NCBI GenBank assembly: GCA_046539845.1
Contig: JBKHGE010000003.1
Coordinates: 62,001 to 125,612 of the forward strand
Reading direction: 5' to 3'
Source of the DNA: Desulfonatronovibrionaceae bacterium
GTDB lineage: Bacteria; Desulfobacterota; Desulfovibrionia; Desulfovibrionales; Desulfonatronovibrionaceae
DNA: 63,612 nt
Numbering within the stretch: the stretch's first letter is position 1; every line of letters starts with the position of its first letter. Below, piece by piece: positions 10,778-20,188 of the stretch. The position numbers and the translations under genes are program-made. The notes beneath the pieces were generated by a model. It saw nothing but the letters and a program-made list of their open reading frames with translations. It was not told the DNA's origin and made no database searches.

Positions 10778-10823
10778 TCCTCCTTATGGTCTTTTTGGCT
10801 CCTGTTTAAACAGGAGCAAGGAA
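10778..10823 (-). promoter_or_regulatory. S6:S18-binding leader RNA of rpsF (autogenous control)
   Basis: Minus strand reads TTCCTT-GCTCCTGT-ttaa-ACAGGAGC-caaaaaga-CCA-TAAGGAGG: an anti-SD pairing with the SD, an inner hairpin and an unpaired CCR motif, as in known S6:S18 leaders. Confidence 0.75.
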
Positions 10824-10898
10824 CAAATAAAAATAGTGTATTATTATCGTCTCTGTCAAGAAACAGGACCGTTTGGCCCTGTTGCCGGCTGTGGACAG

Positions 10899-10928
10899 AA
10901 AAAATCCCAGGGGGAATCCCCGGGATTT
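10899..10928 (-). terminator. Intrinsic terminator after tRNA-Met
   Basis: Minus strand AAATCCCGGGG-attc-CCCTGGGATTT-TTT, about 10 nt past the tRNA CCA. Confidence 0.65.
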
Positions 10929-10939
10929 GAGATCTATTT

Positions 10940-11016
10940 TGGTAGCGAGGGAGGGACTTGAACCCCCGACACTGCGGATATGAGCCGCATGCTCTGACCA
11001 CCTGAGCTACCTCGCC
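10940..11016 (-). tRNA. tRNA-Met (CAT), probably elongator
   Basis: GGCGAGG-TAGCTCAGGTGGTCAGAGC-ATGCGG-CTCATAT-CCGCA-GTGTC-GGGGG-TTCAAGT-CCCTC-CCTCGCT-ACCA, 77 nt. It lacks the initiator C1:A72 mismatch; Ile2 is not fully excluded. Confidence 0.95.
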
Positions 11017-11213
11017 GTGAAGAGGCACCATTTACAAGCATACACAAAAAAAATCAAGGGTAAATTGGGAGCCGCTAAACGGCCCCGGACAAATTGGACT
11101 ACGCGGGCAAAACCTGTTAGCCAAACTCCACTGAAGGGGAGAACCCAGGCTAAAAGCCCGGTATGTTCCACTCTTTTCAGTAGACATTTAACCTCAACCC
11201 CAAATTAAAGATC

Positions 11214-12425
11214 ATGCCCAAATTTACTCCTTTGCCTTTTTTTAGTTATGATTGGACACGAAAGGAAATAACCCCTGATCATGTCTTGGCCCCGCCCTAC
11301 GACGTCCTCTCCGCCGTGGAAAGGCAGGCCTTGGCGGATAAAACCAGGCACAATGTGGTCAATATCGATTTGCCCCGGACTTATGAGGATGCGGCCTCGC
11401 TTATAAAAAGCTGGATAGACAGCCGCGTGCTGGTGCGTCGGGAAAAGCCGGTTTTTTTGCTCCAGGCCACCGAATACGAGGTGGAGGGTCGAAAGCTCGT
11501 AAGATGGGGGGTTATGGGCGGAATGCAGCTCACCCCGTATGGCCAGGGCCAAGTATATCCGCATGAAAAAACCTATCCCAAGGCCAAAGAGGACCGCTTG
11601 GCTCTGACCCGGGCGGTACAGGGTCAATTGAGCCCGGTATTCGGCGTATTTGACGACCCGGAACTTACCCTTACCGCCCTAGGAGAAGAAATGAGCGGTG
11701 TGCAACCGGAAATCGTGGCCGAGCTGGACAAATGCCGGCACAGTTTATGGGTGCTTCCGGAGAAATACAACCAGAAGTTCAGCAGGCTGCTGGCGGACAA
11801 GAACGTGTTCATTGCCGACGGACATCACCGCTATGAAACCGCCCTGGCCTATAAAGAGGAAAAAAACCGGAAACAGGGCCCCGGTCCGTGGGACTATGTG
11901 TTTACCTACCTAAGCAATATCTCCTCCCCCGGTCTGGAGATATTCCCCTATCACCGCGTCCTTTCCCACAACCGCGAATTCGATTTCCGGGAAGCGGCAA
12001 AAAAGGCGGCCCAGTTTTTTAAAATCCGGGATTTGGTAAGTACAACCGAATTTCCGGACAATACCCCGGCCAACTCCTTTATTCTTGTCTTGGCGGATTC
12101 AAATACGCTTTTTATCCCCAGATTTGAATCCCGGGACATATTCGACGGAATCGGTTCACATGTATTGAACCACTTCTTTCTGGAAACCGCCCTGGACCTG
12201 ACTGACGCGGACCTGTCTTCCGGAGACTTTTTGTCCTACACCTTTTCCGCAAAACTGGCCAAAGAAAAGGTGCGTCAAGGTGACAGTCAGGCTGCTTTTC
12301 TGCTCAAGCCGGTGCCCATGGAAGTGATGCGCGAAGTCTGTTGCTCCGGCCGGGTCATGCCCCGCAAGTCCACTTTTTTCTATCCCAAGCTCCCAACCGG
12401 ACTGGCCTTTCACCTGTTTGACTGA
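11214..12425 (+). CDS. DUF1015-family protein
   Basis: APPYDV, PHEKT, IADGHHRYETA, MPRKSTFFYPKL.TGL motifs. Confidence 0.88.
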   Translation: MPKFTPLPFFSYDWTRKEITPDHVLAPPYDVLSAVERQALADKTRHNVVNIDLPRTYEDAASLIKSWIDSRVLVRREKPVFLLQATEYEVEGRKLVRWGVMGGMQLTPYGQGQVYPHEKTYPKAKEDRLALTRAVQGQLSPVFGVFDDPELTLTALGEEMSGVQPEIVAELDKCRHSLWVLPEKYNQKFSRLLADKNVFIADGHHRYETALAYKEEKNRKQGPGPWDYVFTYLSNISSPGLEIFPYHRVLSHNREFDFREAAKKAAQFFKIRDLVSTTEFPDNTPANSFILVLADSNTLFIPRFESRDIFDGIGSHVLNHFFLETALDLTDADLSSGDFLSYTFSAKLAKEKVRQGDSQAAFLLKPVPMEVMREVCCSGRVMPRKSTFFYPKLPTGLAFHLFD

Positions 12426-13186
12426 TGGACACGGACGCGGCCCGCAGCAGATTTCCCCGCGGCCTTTATCAGCCGGAGCAGGGGTTCAGATTCTCAGCGG
12501 ACGCCCTTTTGCTCAGCGCCTTCGCCCACCCCGGAACAAAGGGAGAGATCATTGACCTGGGCTGCGGTTGCGGGGTGGTCGGCCTGGGCCTTGTCCTTTT
12601 CAATCTGGACTGCGATCTGCGTCTCAAAGCCGTAGACCGGGAGCCGGAAATGATTGAGCTGGGCAGAAAAAATGCGCGCCTGCTGGGTCTGGACCGGGAT
12701 GTCATTTTGGAGCAGATCGATCTGGGCCGGGAGCAAAAGAAGCTCCCCAACGAGGCCTTTGACCTGGCTCTGGCCAATCCCCCCTACCATGCCCGCGGCT
12801 CGGGCCGAGTCCCGGCTCAGGCCGGAATCGAGGCCGGGGCTTTCGAAGACCAGGACCGGGAAGGCTTGGAAGTTTTTTTGTCCGCAGCCAAACGCGTCTT
12901 AAAAAACAAGGCCCGGATCTGCCTTGTCTATCGCAGTGAAAGAATCCAGGAAGTCCTCACCCACATGGATAAGCACAGACTCAGGGTAAAAAGGATACGC
13001 TTTGTGCACGGCAGGCAGAACCAAAAGAGCAGACTGGTGCTTTTGGAAGGGACCAAAAATGCCGCTCCCGGGGGCTGCTCTTTGGAGCCGCCGCTTATTT
13101 TATACCATGGCACCCAGCTTACTGAACAGGCCGGGCGGTTTTGCCCCTTCCTTAAGTGCAATCCCGAACGCGGCAAGGATATATAG
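12425..13186 (+). CDS. SAM-dependent methyltransferase, tRNA1(Val) m6A37 (TrmN/YfiC)-like
   Basis: QPEQGFRFSADALLL, DLGCGCGV, NPPY; TGATG overlap with the upstream gene. Confidence 0.8.
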   Translation: MDTDAARSRFPRGLYQPEQGFRFSADALLLSAFAHPGTKGEIIDLGCGCGVVGLGLVLFNLDCDLRLKAVDREPEMIELGRKNARLLGLDRDVILEQIDLGREQKKLPNEAFDLALANPPYHARGSGRVPAQAGIEAGAFEDQDREGLEVFLSAAKRVLKNKARICLVYRSERIQEVLTHMDKHRLRVKRIRFVHGRQNQKSRLVLLEGTKNAAPGGCSLEPPLILYHGTQLTEQAGRFCPFLKCNPERGKDI

Positions 13187-13234
13187 ACCCTCCCCCAAAA
13201 AGGGCTTGTCTGTAAATGCCGGCTGGAAGCAAAA

Positions 13235-14674
13235 TCACTTGTCTACGGCAATAACATCCGGGCAGCTGCGAGCGTTTTCTCTGCACTCTTTGAACTTCCC
13301 GGCGGCCCGGACAAAGTTGGGCGCCCAACACTCGTGGCCCAGGGCGTGAATATGGGTGTATCCGGCCAGGACATTTTTGTGGATAAGCCCGTCCATGCTT
13401 CCGTTTATCCCCACCCCCCTTTCCAGTTTAAGCGCAAACTCAAAAGGCAAGTCAGAAGCAAGCCGGCAACTGGAGTAATGGAACTCGTGACCGCACACCC
13501 AGGAATCAACCGGGAAAAAGGGGTTCTCACGGACTATTGTCCCCTCTACATAACCGTGCCCCTGCGGCTTTTTACTCACGCTGGTCTCCACCGGCAGGAT
13601 CCCGGCCATGGGAAAGGTCTGTCCTGCGTAGGTCAGGTAGCGGCCGAGGTACATAAAACCCCCGCACTCAGCGTAGACCGGGAGCCCATGGCGAACCAGC
13701 GCGGCCATTGCGGTCTTTAAGCCGTGGTTTTCCGAAAGCCCGGTGCCCAAGGTCTCCGGGAACCCTCCGCCCAAATACAAACCGTGGATCTCCGGCCACG
13801 GCTTTTTCTCCAAAAGACTCAATTCGACCACGCTGGCCCCGGCCCGGCGCAGGGCGTCAATATTTTCCTGGTAATAAAACCATAGCGCCGCATCCCGGAC
13901 CACGCCAATCACTGGCCCGGACTGGCGGACAATGGAAAAGCCGGTCGAAGGAGCAGGACCCTCCCCCGGTGGGGCGCTCCGGGCCACCTGCATGATTCTC
14001 TCCAGGTCCAGGCAATCCCTGCCCACAGAGGACAAAAAGGCAAATATCTCCTGTGTTGCTCTGAACTCCTGATCCGAGATAAGCCCCATATGCCGCTCCG
14101 GGATAAGATTTTCCCTTATCTTGGGGAGCTCCCCCAGGACCGGGACCTGGGTGTGGGTCTCGATGCTGCGACGGACAATGTCTTTATGCCGCTTGCCAGC
14201 GGTCTGATTAAGGATGACTCCGGCCAGAGTCAGGTCCGGCTCAAAGGTCTTACAACCGTGGACCAGAGCGGCCATTGTCCGGGTGGATTTGGTGCAGTCC
14301 AAAACAAGGACCACAGGAGCCTTCAAAAGGCGGGCGAGTTCTGCTGTGGAAAAGGTGCCCTGGACATCTTTTCCGTCAAAAAGGCCTCTATTGCCTTCTA
14401 CCACGGCCACATCCGAAGAGCAGGCGAAGCTCCAGAAAAGATCCAGTACGCGGGAGGAGGGAAACAAAAAAGGATCCAGATTCGAGGCCTTATGACCAGC
14501 CGCCAGGCTCAGCCATTTGGCATCGATATAATCCGGACCCTTCTTGAAAGGCTTTACTTTTAACTTCTGGTCATGCCATGCACGGCAAAGGCTCAGAGAA
14601 ATTATGGTCTTTCCTGAGCCGCCTTTCAGGCCAGCCAGGACCAGCCTGGGGAAATTCACGCTCAAAGCGGACAA
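13235..14674 (-). CDS. dsrN: DsrN, cobyrinate a,c-diamide synthase homologue (siroheme amidase)
   Basis: GGSGKT, FKKGPDYID, EGNRGLFDG, ERHMGL, AECGGFMYL, GHEFHYS; directly follows dsrABD. Start TTG 14674 or GTG 14659. Confidence 0.88.
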   Translation of the reverse strand: MSALSVNFPRLVLAGLKGGSGKTIISLSLCRAWHDQKLKVKPFKKGPDYIDAKWLSLAAGHKASNLDPFLFPSSRVLDLFWSFACSSDVAVVEGNRGLFDGKDVQGTFSTAELARLLKAPVVLVLDCTKSTRTMAALVHGCKTFEPDLTLAGVILNQTAGKRHKDIVRRSIETHTQVPVLGELPKIRENLIPERHMGLISDQEFRATQEIFAFLSSVGRDCLDLERIMQVARSAPPGEGPAPSTGFSIVRQSGPVIGVVRDAALWFYYQENIDALRRAGASVVELSLLEKKPWPEIHGLYLGGGFPETLGTGLSENHGLKTAMAALVRHGLPVYAECGGFMYLGRYLTYAGQTFPMAGILPVETSVSKKPQGHGYVEGTIVRENPFFPVDSWVCGHEFHYSSCRLASDLPFEFALKLERGVGINGSMDGLIHKNVLAGYTHIHALGHECWAPNFVRAAGKFKECRENARSCPDVIAVDK

Positions 14675-14714
14675 ATGCTTATATCACGGTGCATGGCAGA
14701 AAACCGAGAAAAAA

Positions 14715-14957
14715 CTAGGCACCTTCTTCGTCGTGCTGCTTCCCGGCCCCGGCCAGTCCATACATGGTGGTGCTGCCACTGGACCAGAATTCAAGCTTCT
14801 GCTCGTTAATCAGCTCGGTCAAGAGTTTCTTTACTTCCCGGGCTTTCATCTCATCGCCCAGGAGCTTGGAAAAATCGTTGAAATAGAACTTGCTCTTGGT
14901 TTTGGATTTGGATTCGCAGAAATCCAGGATCTTCTGTTTGGCTTCTTCCTTATCCAT
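14715..14957 (-). CDS. dsrD: Dissimilatory sulfite reductase-associated protein DsrD
   Basis: KSKFYFNDF and LEFWSSGSTTMYGL signature; downstream of dsrB. Confidence 0.96.
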   Translation of the reverse strand: MDKEEAKQKILDFCESKSKTKSKFYFNDFSKLLGDEMKAREVKKLLTELINEQKLEFWSSGSTTMYGLAGAGKQHDEEGA

Positions 14958-14976
14958 TTTTTCTCCTTGTTTAAGG

Positions 14977-15001
14977 CGGGTGCCCGTACTACGGGCACCC
15001 G
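14977..15001. other. Strong GC stem-loop between dsrB and dsrD
   Basis: CGGGTGCCCGTA-c-TACGGGCACCCG inverted repeat; T-tract only on the + strand. Confidence 0.7.
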
Positions 15002-15015
15002 ATTTTTAACATATG

Positions 15016-16179
15016 CTAGAACTTGAAGTTAGTGGTCTGTCTCCAAGTATAGTATGCGGGATCACGGAAGTCATCAATCAGATGATGGGTAAATTCCAGA
15101 TCGCATTTCTCAAAGAAGCGTTCCCAGCCGATACGGTCGGCCCAGTCGCCCAGGCGCTCGTATTTCTTGGCGTCGTTCTCATAGGCCTCAACGATCTGGC
15201 GGATAGTCTTGGCCAGAGTCGGCCAACGCGGGGGCTCATTGGGAATGAAGGCCACTACAACCTTGGAGAACTTGGGTTCACTGATGCGGTTGGAGATCTT
15301 GCCGCCGGCCATGATGACCAGCCCGTCACCTTCCTTGTCCGCCAAAGGCAAAGAGGGGCACATGGTGTAGCAGTTTCCGCAGAACATGCACCGCTCCCGC
15401 TTGATCTCCACGGACTTGACTTCCTTTTCCTGGCCGTCCTCTTCACTGACAACCGTCTTCTTCTTCGGACGGATAGCGCCAGTGGGGCAGGCGGCCACAG
15501 CCAAGGGGAGTTCGCACAAGTTGTCGATAAACTCGTCGTCGATCATCGGCGGCTTGCGATGGTAGCCGAGGATGGCGATGTCCGAGCAATGCACGGCTCC
15601 GCACATATTCAGGCAGCAGGCCATGGAGATGCGCAGCTGGGCCGGCAGCTTCATGTCCTGGAACTCGTCAAAGAGTTCGTCCATAACCACTTTCACGGTA
15701 CCGGAAGCGTCGGTTGCCGGTGTATGGCAATGGATCCAGCCCTGGGTGTGGACGATATTGGTCAGGCCGGCGCCGGTCCCGCCGACTGGGAACTTGAAAC
15801 TCCCACCGGGATGCTTCATCTCGTTCAAAGCCTTTTTGAGATCCAGGGTTTTTTCTTTATTGTCAAGGATGAACTCCACATTGTTGCGGGTGGTAAAGCG
15901 GACGTAACCATCGCAGTACTTGTCCGCGATCTCGCAGATCTCGCGGATGGTCTCCACGCTCATGAGCCGGGGAGTACCACAGCGAACAGTATACACTTCG
16001 TCGCCGCTTTCCGCCTTGTGCATCAGGACCCCGGGCTCCAGGATCTCATGCCACAGCCATTTGCCCTTGTTCTTTTTGATGACCGGAGGCAGAAAATCAG
16101 TAAAATGCCGAGGACCAATATCAGTAATCCTGTCCTCCATCGGCTTGTCTGGATTGTATCCGGATGAAATAAAAGCCAT
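15016..16179 (-). CDS. dsrB: Dissimilatory sulfite reductase beta subunit
   Basis: [47 protein letters not shown]. Confidence 0.99.
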   Translation of the reverse strand: MAFISSGYNPDKPMEDRITDIGPRHFTDFLPPVIKKNKGKWLWHEILEPGVLMHKAESGDEVYTVRCGTPRLMSVETIREICEIADKYCDGYVRFTTRNNVEFILDNKEKTLDLKKALNEMKHPGGSFKFPVGGTGAGLTNIVHTQGWIHCHTPATDASGTVKVVMDELFDEFQDMKLPAQLRISMACCLNMCGAVHCSDIAILGYHRKPPMIDDEFIDNLCELPLAVAACPTGAIRPKKKTVVSEEDGQEKEVKSVEIKRERCMFCGNCYTMCPSLPLADKEGDGLVIMAGGKISNRISEPKFSKVVVAFIPNEPPRWPTLAKTIRQIVEAYENDAKKYERLGDWADRIGWERFFEKCDLEFTHHLIDDFRDPAYYTWRQTTNFKF

Positions 16180-16194
16180 TTTAGACCTCCTAAT

Positions 16195-17508
16195 TTATCT
16201 CTGGTGGTGTTTGCGGAATTCCTGGATGTCGCGATCCCAGCCGCCGGGCACTTCCTCTTCCTTCCAGAAGATGTACGGATTGTGCCGCGGTTCCTGTACG
16301 TGCCTCGGATCCGGATCGACACCGGTTGCTTCCAGGAGTTTCTGGAATCCCTGGCGCTTCATCAGCTCACCCAGGCGCTCGCGGTTCTTGCCTTCTTCCA
16401 TCCACCAATCCCATACGCCTTCAATGATTTCCTTCACATTGTCGTAAGGTTCCTCCACCTTCATGAAGGGAACCAGCAGGGAGGCCATCTGGGCGCCGTC
16501 CAGGATCGGGGCCTTGGCACCGCAGAGGATGGACAGGCCGCGGTCATTGCCGATGCGCAGGGCGCGGGGCATGACGTTAATACAATGCATGCACCGAGTG
16601 CATTCCTTATTGTTTATCTTCAGCTTGCCGTCTTCCATCCACATGCACTTGGTGGGACAGAGGTCAATGACTTCCTTCTGGATGTCAAACGGACCCCAGT
16701 CACGCCCGGCATGCGCACCACCGTTGGGTTTCAGCTCTCCGCCCACGTAAGCGGCCACGGCTTCCTGATCGATGCGGATCTCGTCCCGCCAGGTGCCGAT
16801 AAAGGCCATGTCCGAACGAGCGATAGAAGCCACGCAGCCGTTGGGGCAGCCGTCGAATTTGAACTTGAACTTGTACGGAAAGGCCGGACGGTGCAGCTCG
16901 TCCTGGTACTCCATGGTCAGCTGATAGCAAAGCTCCTGGGTATCATAGCAGGCCCATTCGCAACGGGACTCGCCCAAGCAGGTGGCCGGAGTACGCAGGT
17001 TGGACCCGGATCCGCCGAGGTCCTGCTCCAGGTTGTGGGTCAATTCATAGAAGATCTCTTCCAGCTGTTCGGTACGGGTGCCGAGGAAGACGATGTCTCC
17101 GGTGGCCCCATGCATATTGGTCAGACCGGAACCGCGGAACTCCCACAGATCGCAGAGCTTACGCAGATAATCGCTGGTGTAGTATTTACCGGAAGGCTGG
17201 TTCACACGCAGGGTGTGGAAATGGGCCACACCGGGGAACATTTCCGGCTGGTCGCAGTAACGGCCGATAACGCCGCCGCCGTAACCGAAAACGCCCACGA
17301 TGCCACCGTGCTTCCAGTGCGTGGTCCCGTCCTTGTAGGAAAGTTCCAGCACGCCAAGCAAGTCGTCGCAGACGTCTTCAGGAATCTGTAACTCGACATT
17401 GTTCGGGTTTTTATGCCTGGCCTCAGACTCCCTTTTGATCTCGTCCACGAAACTCGGCCATGGACCGCTTTCCAGCTGGTCCACAAGTGGTGTTTCATGT
17501 TTAGCCAT
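16195..17508 (-). CDS. dsrA: Dissimilatory sulfite reductase alpha subunit
   Basis: SGPWPSFV, THWKHGGIVGVFGYGGGVIGRY, YKFKFKFDGCPNGC, CTRCMHCIN. Confidence 0.99.
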   Translation of the reverse strand: MAKHETPLVDQLESGPWPSFVDEIKRESEARHKNPNNVELQIPEDVCDDLLGVLELSYKDGTTHWKHGGIVGVFGYGGGVIGRYCDQPEMFPGVAHFHTLRVNQPSGKYYTSDYLRKLCDLWEFRGSGLTNMHGATGDIVFLGTRTEQLEEIFYELTHNLEQDLGGSGSNLRTPATCLGESRCEWACYDTQELCYQLTMEYQDELHRPAFPYKFKFKFDGCPNGCVASIARSDMAFIGTWRDEIRIDQEAVAAYVGGELKPNGGAHAGRDWGPFDIQKEVIDLCPTKCMWMEDGKLKINNKECTRCMHCINVMPRALRIGNDRGLSILCGAKAPILDGAQMASLLVPFMKVEEPYDNVKEIIEGVWDWWMEEGKNRERLGELMKRQGFQKLLEATGVDPDPRHVQEPRHNPYIFWKEEEVPGGWDRDIQEFRKHHQR

Positions 17509-17628
17509 TTTGCATCCTCCTTAAATTATGGTTCCACCTATCATATCCTAATGACCGCACTGCAAAGATAAACATAAATCTTCGCAACAGTCCAGGTCAA
17601 TCAACCCAAATTTACTGCAGTCTAGATA

Positions 17629-17646
17629 TTGTGAATTTTTCCACTA
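17629..17646. promoter_or_regulatory. Rex-like operator upstream of dsrA, overlapping a putative -10 box
   Basis: TTGTGAAttttTcCACtA versus the Rex consensus TTGTGAAnnnnTTCACAA. On the minus strand TTGACA-17 nt-AAAAAT places the -10 inside the box. Confidence 0.65.
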
Positions 17647-17742
17647 TTACGCGCTTTTGTCAACCGGGAAAAACCCTTTTGCCGGACATCTCCGCGCAGG
17701 GACTGTTCACGATCAAAGGCGCAAACTCACTTTTATCTGCTA

Positions 17743-18381
17743 TCAAGCCGACTCGCCCAGTTTGGCCTCTAACTCCTCCTTGATCTCGCCGGGGACTTCA
17801 AACCCGGTCTCTTCGGCCTTGGAAAAGTATTCGGCCGCCTTTTCAAACTCGCCCCTTTCCAGGCTTACCAGCCCCAGATTGTTATACGCCGGGCCGAAAT
17901 TAGGCTCCAATTCCAGTGCCTTTTGGCACTGCTTTTCACATTCCACCAGGTCCCCCTGCATCAGATAGGCACTGCCCAATGATGCATGAGCCTGGATAAA
18001 CTGGGGATCAAAAGAGAGCGCCCGGCGAAAGCTGGCTATTGCCTTGTCCACCTCGTGCTTCTGCAAATGAACAAAACCCATATTGCTGTGCGGGACGGCG
18101 AACCTGGGTCGGATCTGGGTAGCCATCTTATTGAAGCTGTAACAGGCGTCCAGATCTCCCTCGTGCATGGCTATTCCGCCGAGCTGGACATATGCCTCGG
18201 CCATGTCCGAAGATTTCTGCAAGGCATCCTTAAACGCCTTTTTGGCCTTCTCAAAATCCCGCTTGCCAAGATAGGCCACCCCCAAATTATAGGTGGTAAT
18301 GGGGCAATCCGGGTTCTTTTCCAAATACTGCTTGTAGTCCGCAATCAATTCATCCGGAGTCTTTCTTTTCTGCTCACTCAT
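17743..18381 (-). CDS. Tetratricopeptide-repeat protein
   Basis: About five TPR units (YNLGVAY, AYVQLGGI, HSNMGFVH, AHASLGSAY, AYNNLGLV). Start 18381 or GTG 18414. Confidence 0.88.
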   Translation of the reverse strand: MSEQKRKTPDELIADYKQYLEKNPDCPITTYNLGVAYLGKRDFEKAKKAFKDALQKSSDMAEAYVQLGGIAMHEGDLDACYSFNKMATQIRPRFAVPHSNMGFVHLQKHEVDKAIASFRRALSFDPQFIQAHASLGSAYLMQGDLVECEKQCQKALELEPNFGPAYNNLGLVSLERGEFEKAAEYFSKAEETGFEVPGEIKEELEAKLGESA

Positions 18382-18461
18382 AATCTGCTTATCCCGTGTG
18401 TTTGCATGCTTCACGCTGGCCTCGGGCCCGAGATTGTCTAAATCTCCCGGCCAAAGGATAA

Positions 18462-18821
18462 CTAAACATGCCTTTTTATTTCCTTGCCTTCCTTCTCCAA
18501 GAGATTGGCGTACCAGATGGAGAATTCAAACATCGCCCTATATCTGTCCTCACCGTTGACCACGCCCAAGCAGATATCCAGCACCCCCTGTCCGTAGGCA
18601 TTGCTATAGTCTTCAGGCTGAGTTTCAGACAAAAATTGATTAACCAGCTGCCTGGTAGTCCGCTGGGTGCTGTCTTTGCGCATCTCAATGGGATTTTTGG
18701 GCTCCTGAAAAGGGTCCCATTTATCGTATCCGATACGGTCCACGAATTTACGCCGTCGCGGGGACATCTTCTCGTACATATATCTTTTGTGCTCTTCCTG
18801 CTCCGGAGTAAGCTTTTGCAT
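18462..18821 (-). CDS. Hypothetical protein (119 aa) in the dsr cluster
   Basis: Clean ORF with a GGAG-like RBS, 2 nt after the YkgJ stop; MSPRRRKFVDRIGYDKWDPFQEPK. Confidence 0.8.
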   Translation of the reverse strand: MQKLTPEQEEHKRYMYEKMSPRRRKFVDRIGYDKWDPFQEPKNPIEMRKDSTQRTTRQLVNQFLSETQPEDYSNAYGQGVLDICLGVVNGEDRYRAMFEFSIWYANLLEKEGKEIKRHV

Positions 18822-18823
18822 AG

Positions 18824-19549
18824 CTATTTATCCCCCCCGATGACCCATTCTTTATGTCCGTCCGCCAAATCGCCCTCCTGCGGGGATGGTTCGGAGGGCT
18901 TAACCCCCAGGTACTCGGCGTCAAACTCGGTCAAAAGGGCAGCTGAAACCGGCATGAGCAGGGTATGCAAGTCCGTGTACTTGGAATTGATAGCCTTGGC
19001 CAATTCCTTGTCCATTATAGCCAGGTTCTCGTGTATCGTGCGCATCTTGACCGTAGGGTACTTTTGCCCGGGTTCAAAACCGGACTTGCCGCAAGTATGG
19101 GTCTCACCGTTTATATCCAGGGGCAGGCCGTAGACACGGCAGGTGATGGGCCGGAATTGGTACAGGGCGCATGTGTCGTCTTCGCGCAACAAAGGACAAC
19201 GGAGCCTCTCCCGGGAAAACCGGCGCAAAAGCTCTTCATCATCCCGGCCATGGGAGGACTCTTTGGCCAGCTTGCGCTTCAGTTTGAACGCCTTACGGTC
19301 CGCCTTGTCCGCCTCGACCAGAATGCGGTCCTGCTCGTTTTTATCCAATGTCTTGAATTTGTGGTTCAAATACAAAGCCTCCACCAGATGCAGATCAAAC
19401 AGGGCATAACAACAGTCCGTGCACCCGAGACCGCAGGTGACCTCCTGTGGATACTCCTTTTGCATGCGCTCAAAGACCGAATTTATCTGTTGCAATAAGT
19501 TTTCGTATTTTTCAAAGTGCCTGGAAAAATTAAGAAGATCCATATTCAC
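18824..19549 (-). CDS. YkgJ-family (CxxCxxCC) Fe-S/zinc cluster protein
   Basis: CGLGCTDCC...CPLL...C.LY..RPITCRVYG...C. Confidence 0.87.
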   Translation of the reverse strand: MNMDLLNFSRHFEKYENLLQQINSVFERMQKEYPQEVTCGLGCTDCCYALFDLHLVEALYLNHKFKTLDKNEQDRILVEADKADRKAFKLKRKLAKESSHGRDDEELLRRFSRERLRCPLLREDDTCALYQFRPITCRVYGLPLDINGETHTCGKSGFEPGQKYPTVKMRTIHENLAIMDKELAKAINSKYTDLHTLLMPVSAALLTEFDAEYLGVKPSEPSPQEGDLADGHKEWVIGGDK

Positions 19550-19726
19550 CTCTTTAAACAGGAAACCGGCATAGCCTGGTTTTCAGCCGACAGGTCGGTG
19601 GCACCGGGGTTATAATCTCTTTAAGGGTCTTGGCAAAACCGTACCAATATAACTGATAAATTATAAGTTAATTATCTCTGGTTGGCAATATGAAGGCAAG
19701 GGCCTATAAGACAGGAGATTGGATCA

Positions 19727-19751
19727 GGGGGCAGGCAGACTTCCTGCCCCC
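19727..19751. other. Stem-loop just downstream of the ferredoxin gene
   Basis: GGGGGCAGG-cagactt-CCTGCCCCC; no U-tract in the sense direction. Confidence 0.55.
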
Positions 19752-19760
19752 CCGGGGGGA

Positions 19761-19949
19761 CTAGATCTCTTCAATGGTGATTGCTTCCTGCTCGCAGACC
19801 TCAACGCAGGATTCGCACCCCAGGCACTCCTCCTCGTTTACCGGCACCGCCTTGCCGTCCTGGAGTTCATAGACCTCCACCGGGCATACATCAACACATT
19901 CACCGTCCCCGGTACACTTGTCGTTGTCCACTGTGATTCTGTAGGGCAT
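19761..19949 (-). CDS. Ferredoxin (62 aa, dicluster type with Asp in the first motif)
   Basis: MPYRITVDNDKCTGDGECVDVCP...CLGCESCVEVC; AGGAGG RBS before ATG 19949. Confidence 0.95.
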   Translation of the reverse strand: MPYRITVDNDKCTGDGECVDVCPVEVYELQDGKAVPVNEEECLGCESCVEVCEQEAITIEEI

Positions 19950-20135
19950 ATCCAGCCTCCTTTTACATCTAGTTTCCGGAAATTTCCCCTGTTTCGCATC
20001 AATCTCCTGCACGGCCTAAACACTCTGGCCCGGAGACCCAAGAACTTCCTCTAAAACCGTGCTTCTAAACCGGTTATGGAAAAAGTCCGAAGGGATCAAC
20101 TAGACGCTCAGGCGTGAGCTTGTCAAGCGCTTGAA

Positions 20136-20167
20136 TCAAAAAGCCCCGCTTTGGCGGGGCTTTTTGA
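20136..20167. terminator. Bidirectional intrinsic terminator after dsrP
   Basis: TCAAAAAGCCCCGC-tttg-GCGGGGCTTTTTGA. Confidence 0.85.
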
Positions 20168-20188
20168 GACATATCGCTTTTAACAGTA

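Noticed and set aside
10940..11016. tRNA-Met as a possible island integration site
   Set aside because: No duplicated tRNA 3' end or integrase; flanks are housekeeping genes.
15013..17391. Long + strand ORFs (384 and 395 aa) antisense to dsrB and dsrA, and similar shadows over paaK, tolB, miaB, hldD
   Set aside because: They mirror highly biased GC-rich coding frames, have no recognisable motifs or RBS, and are expected antisense artefacts.
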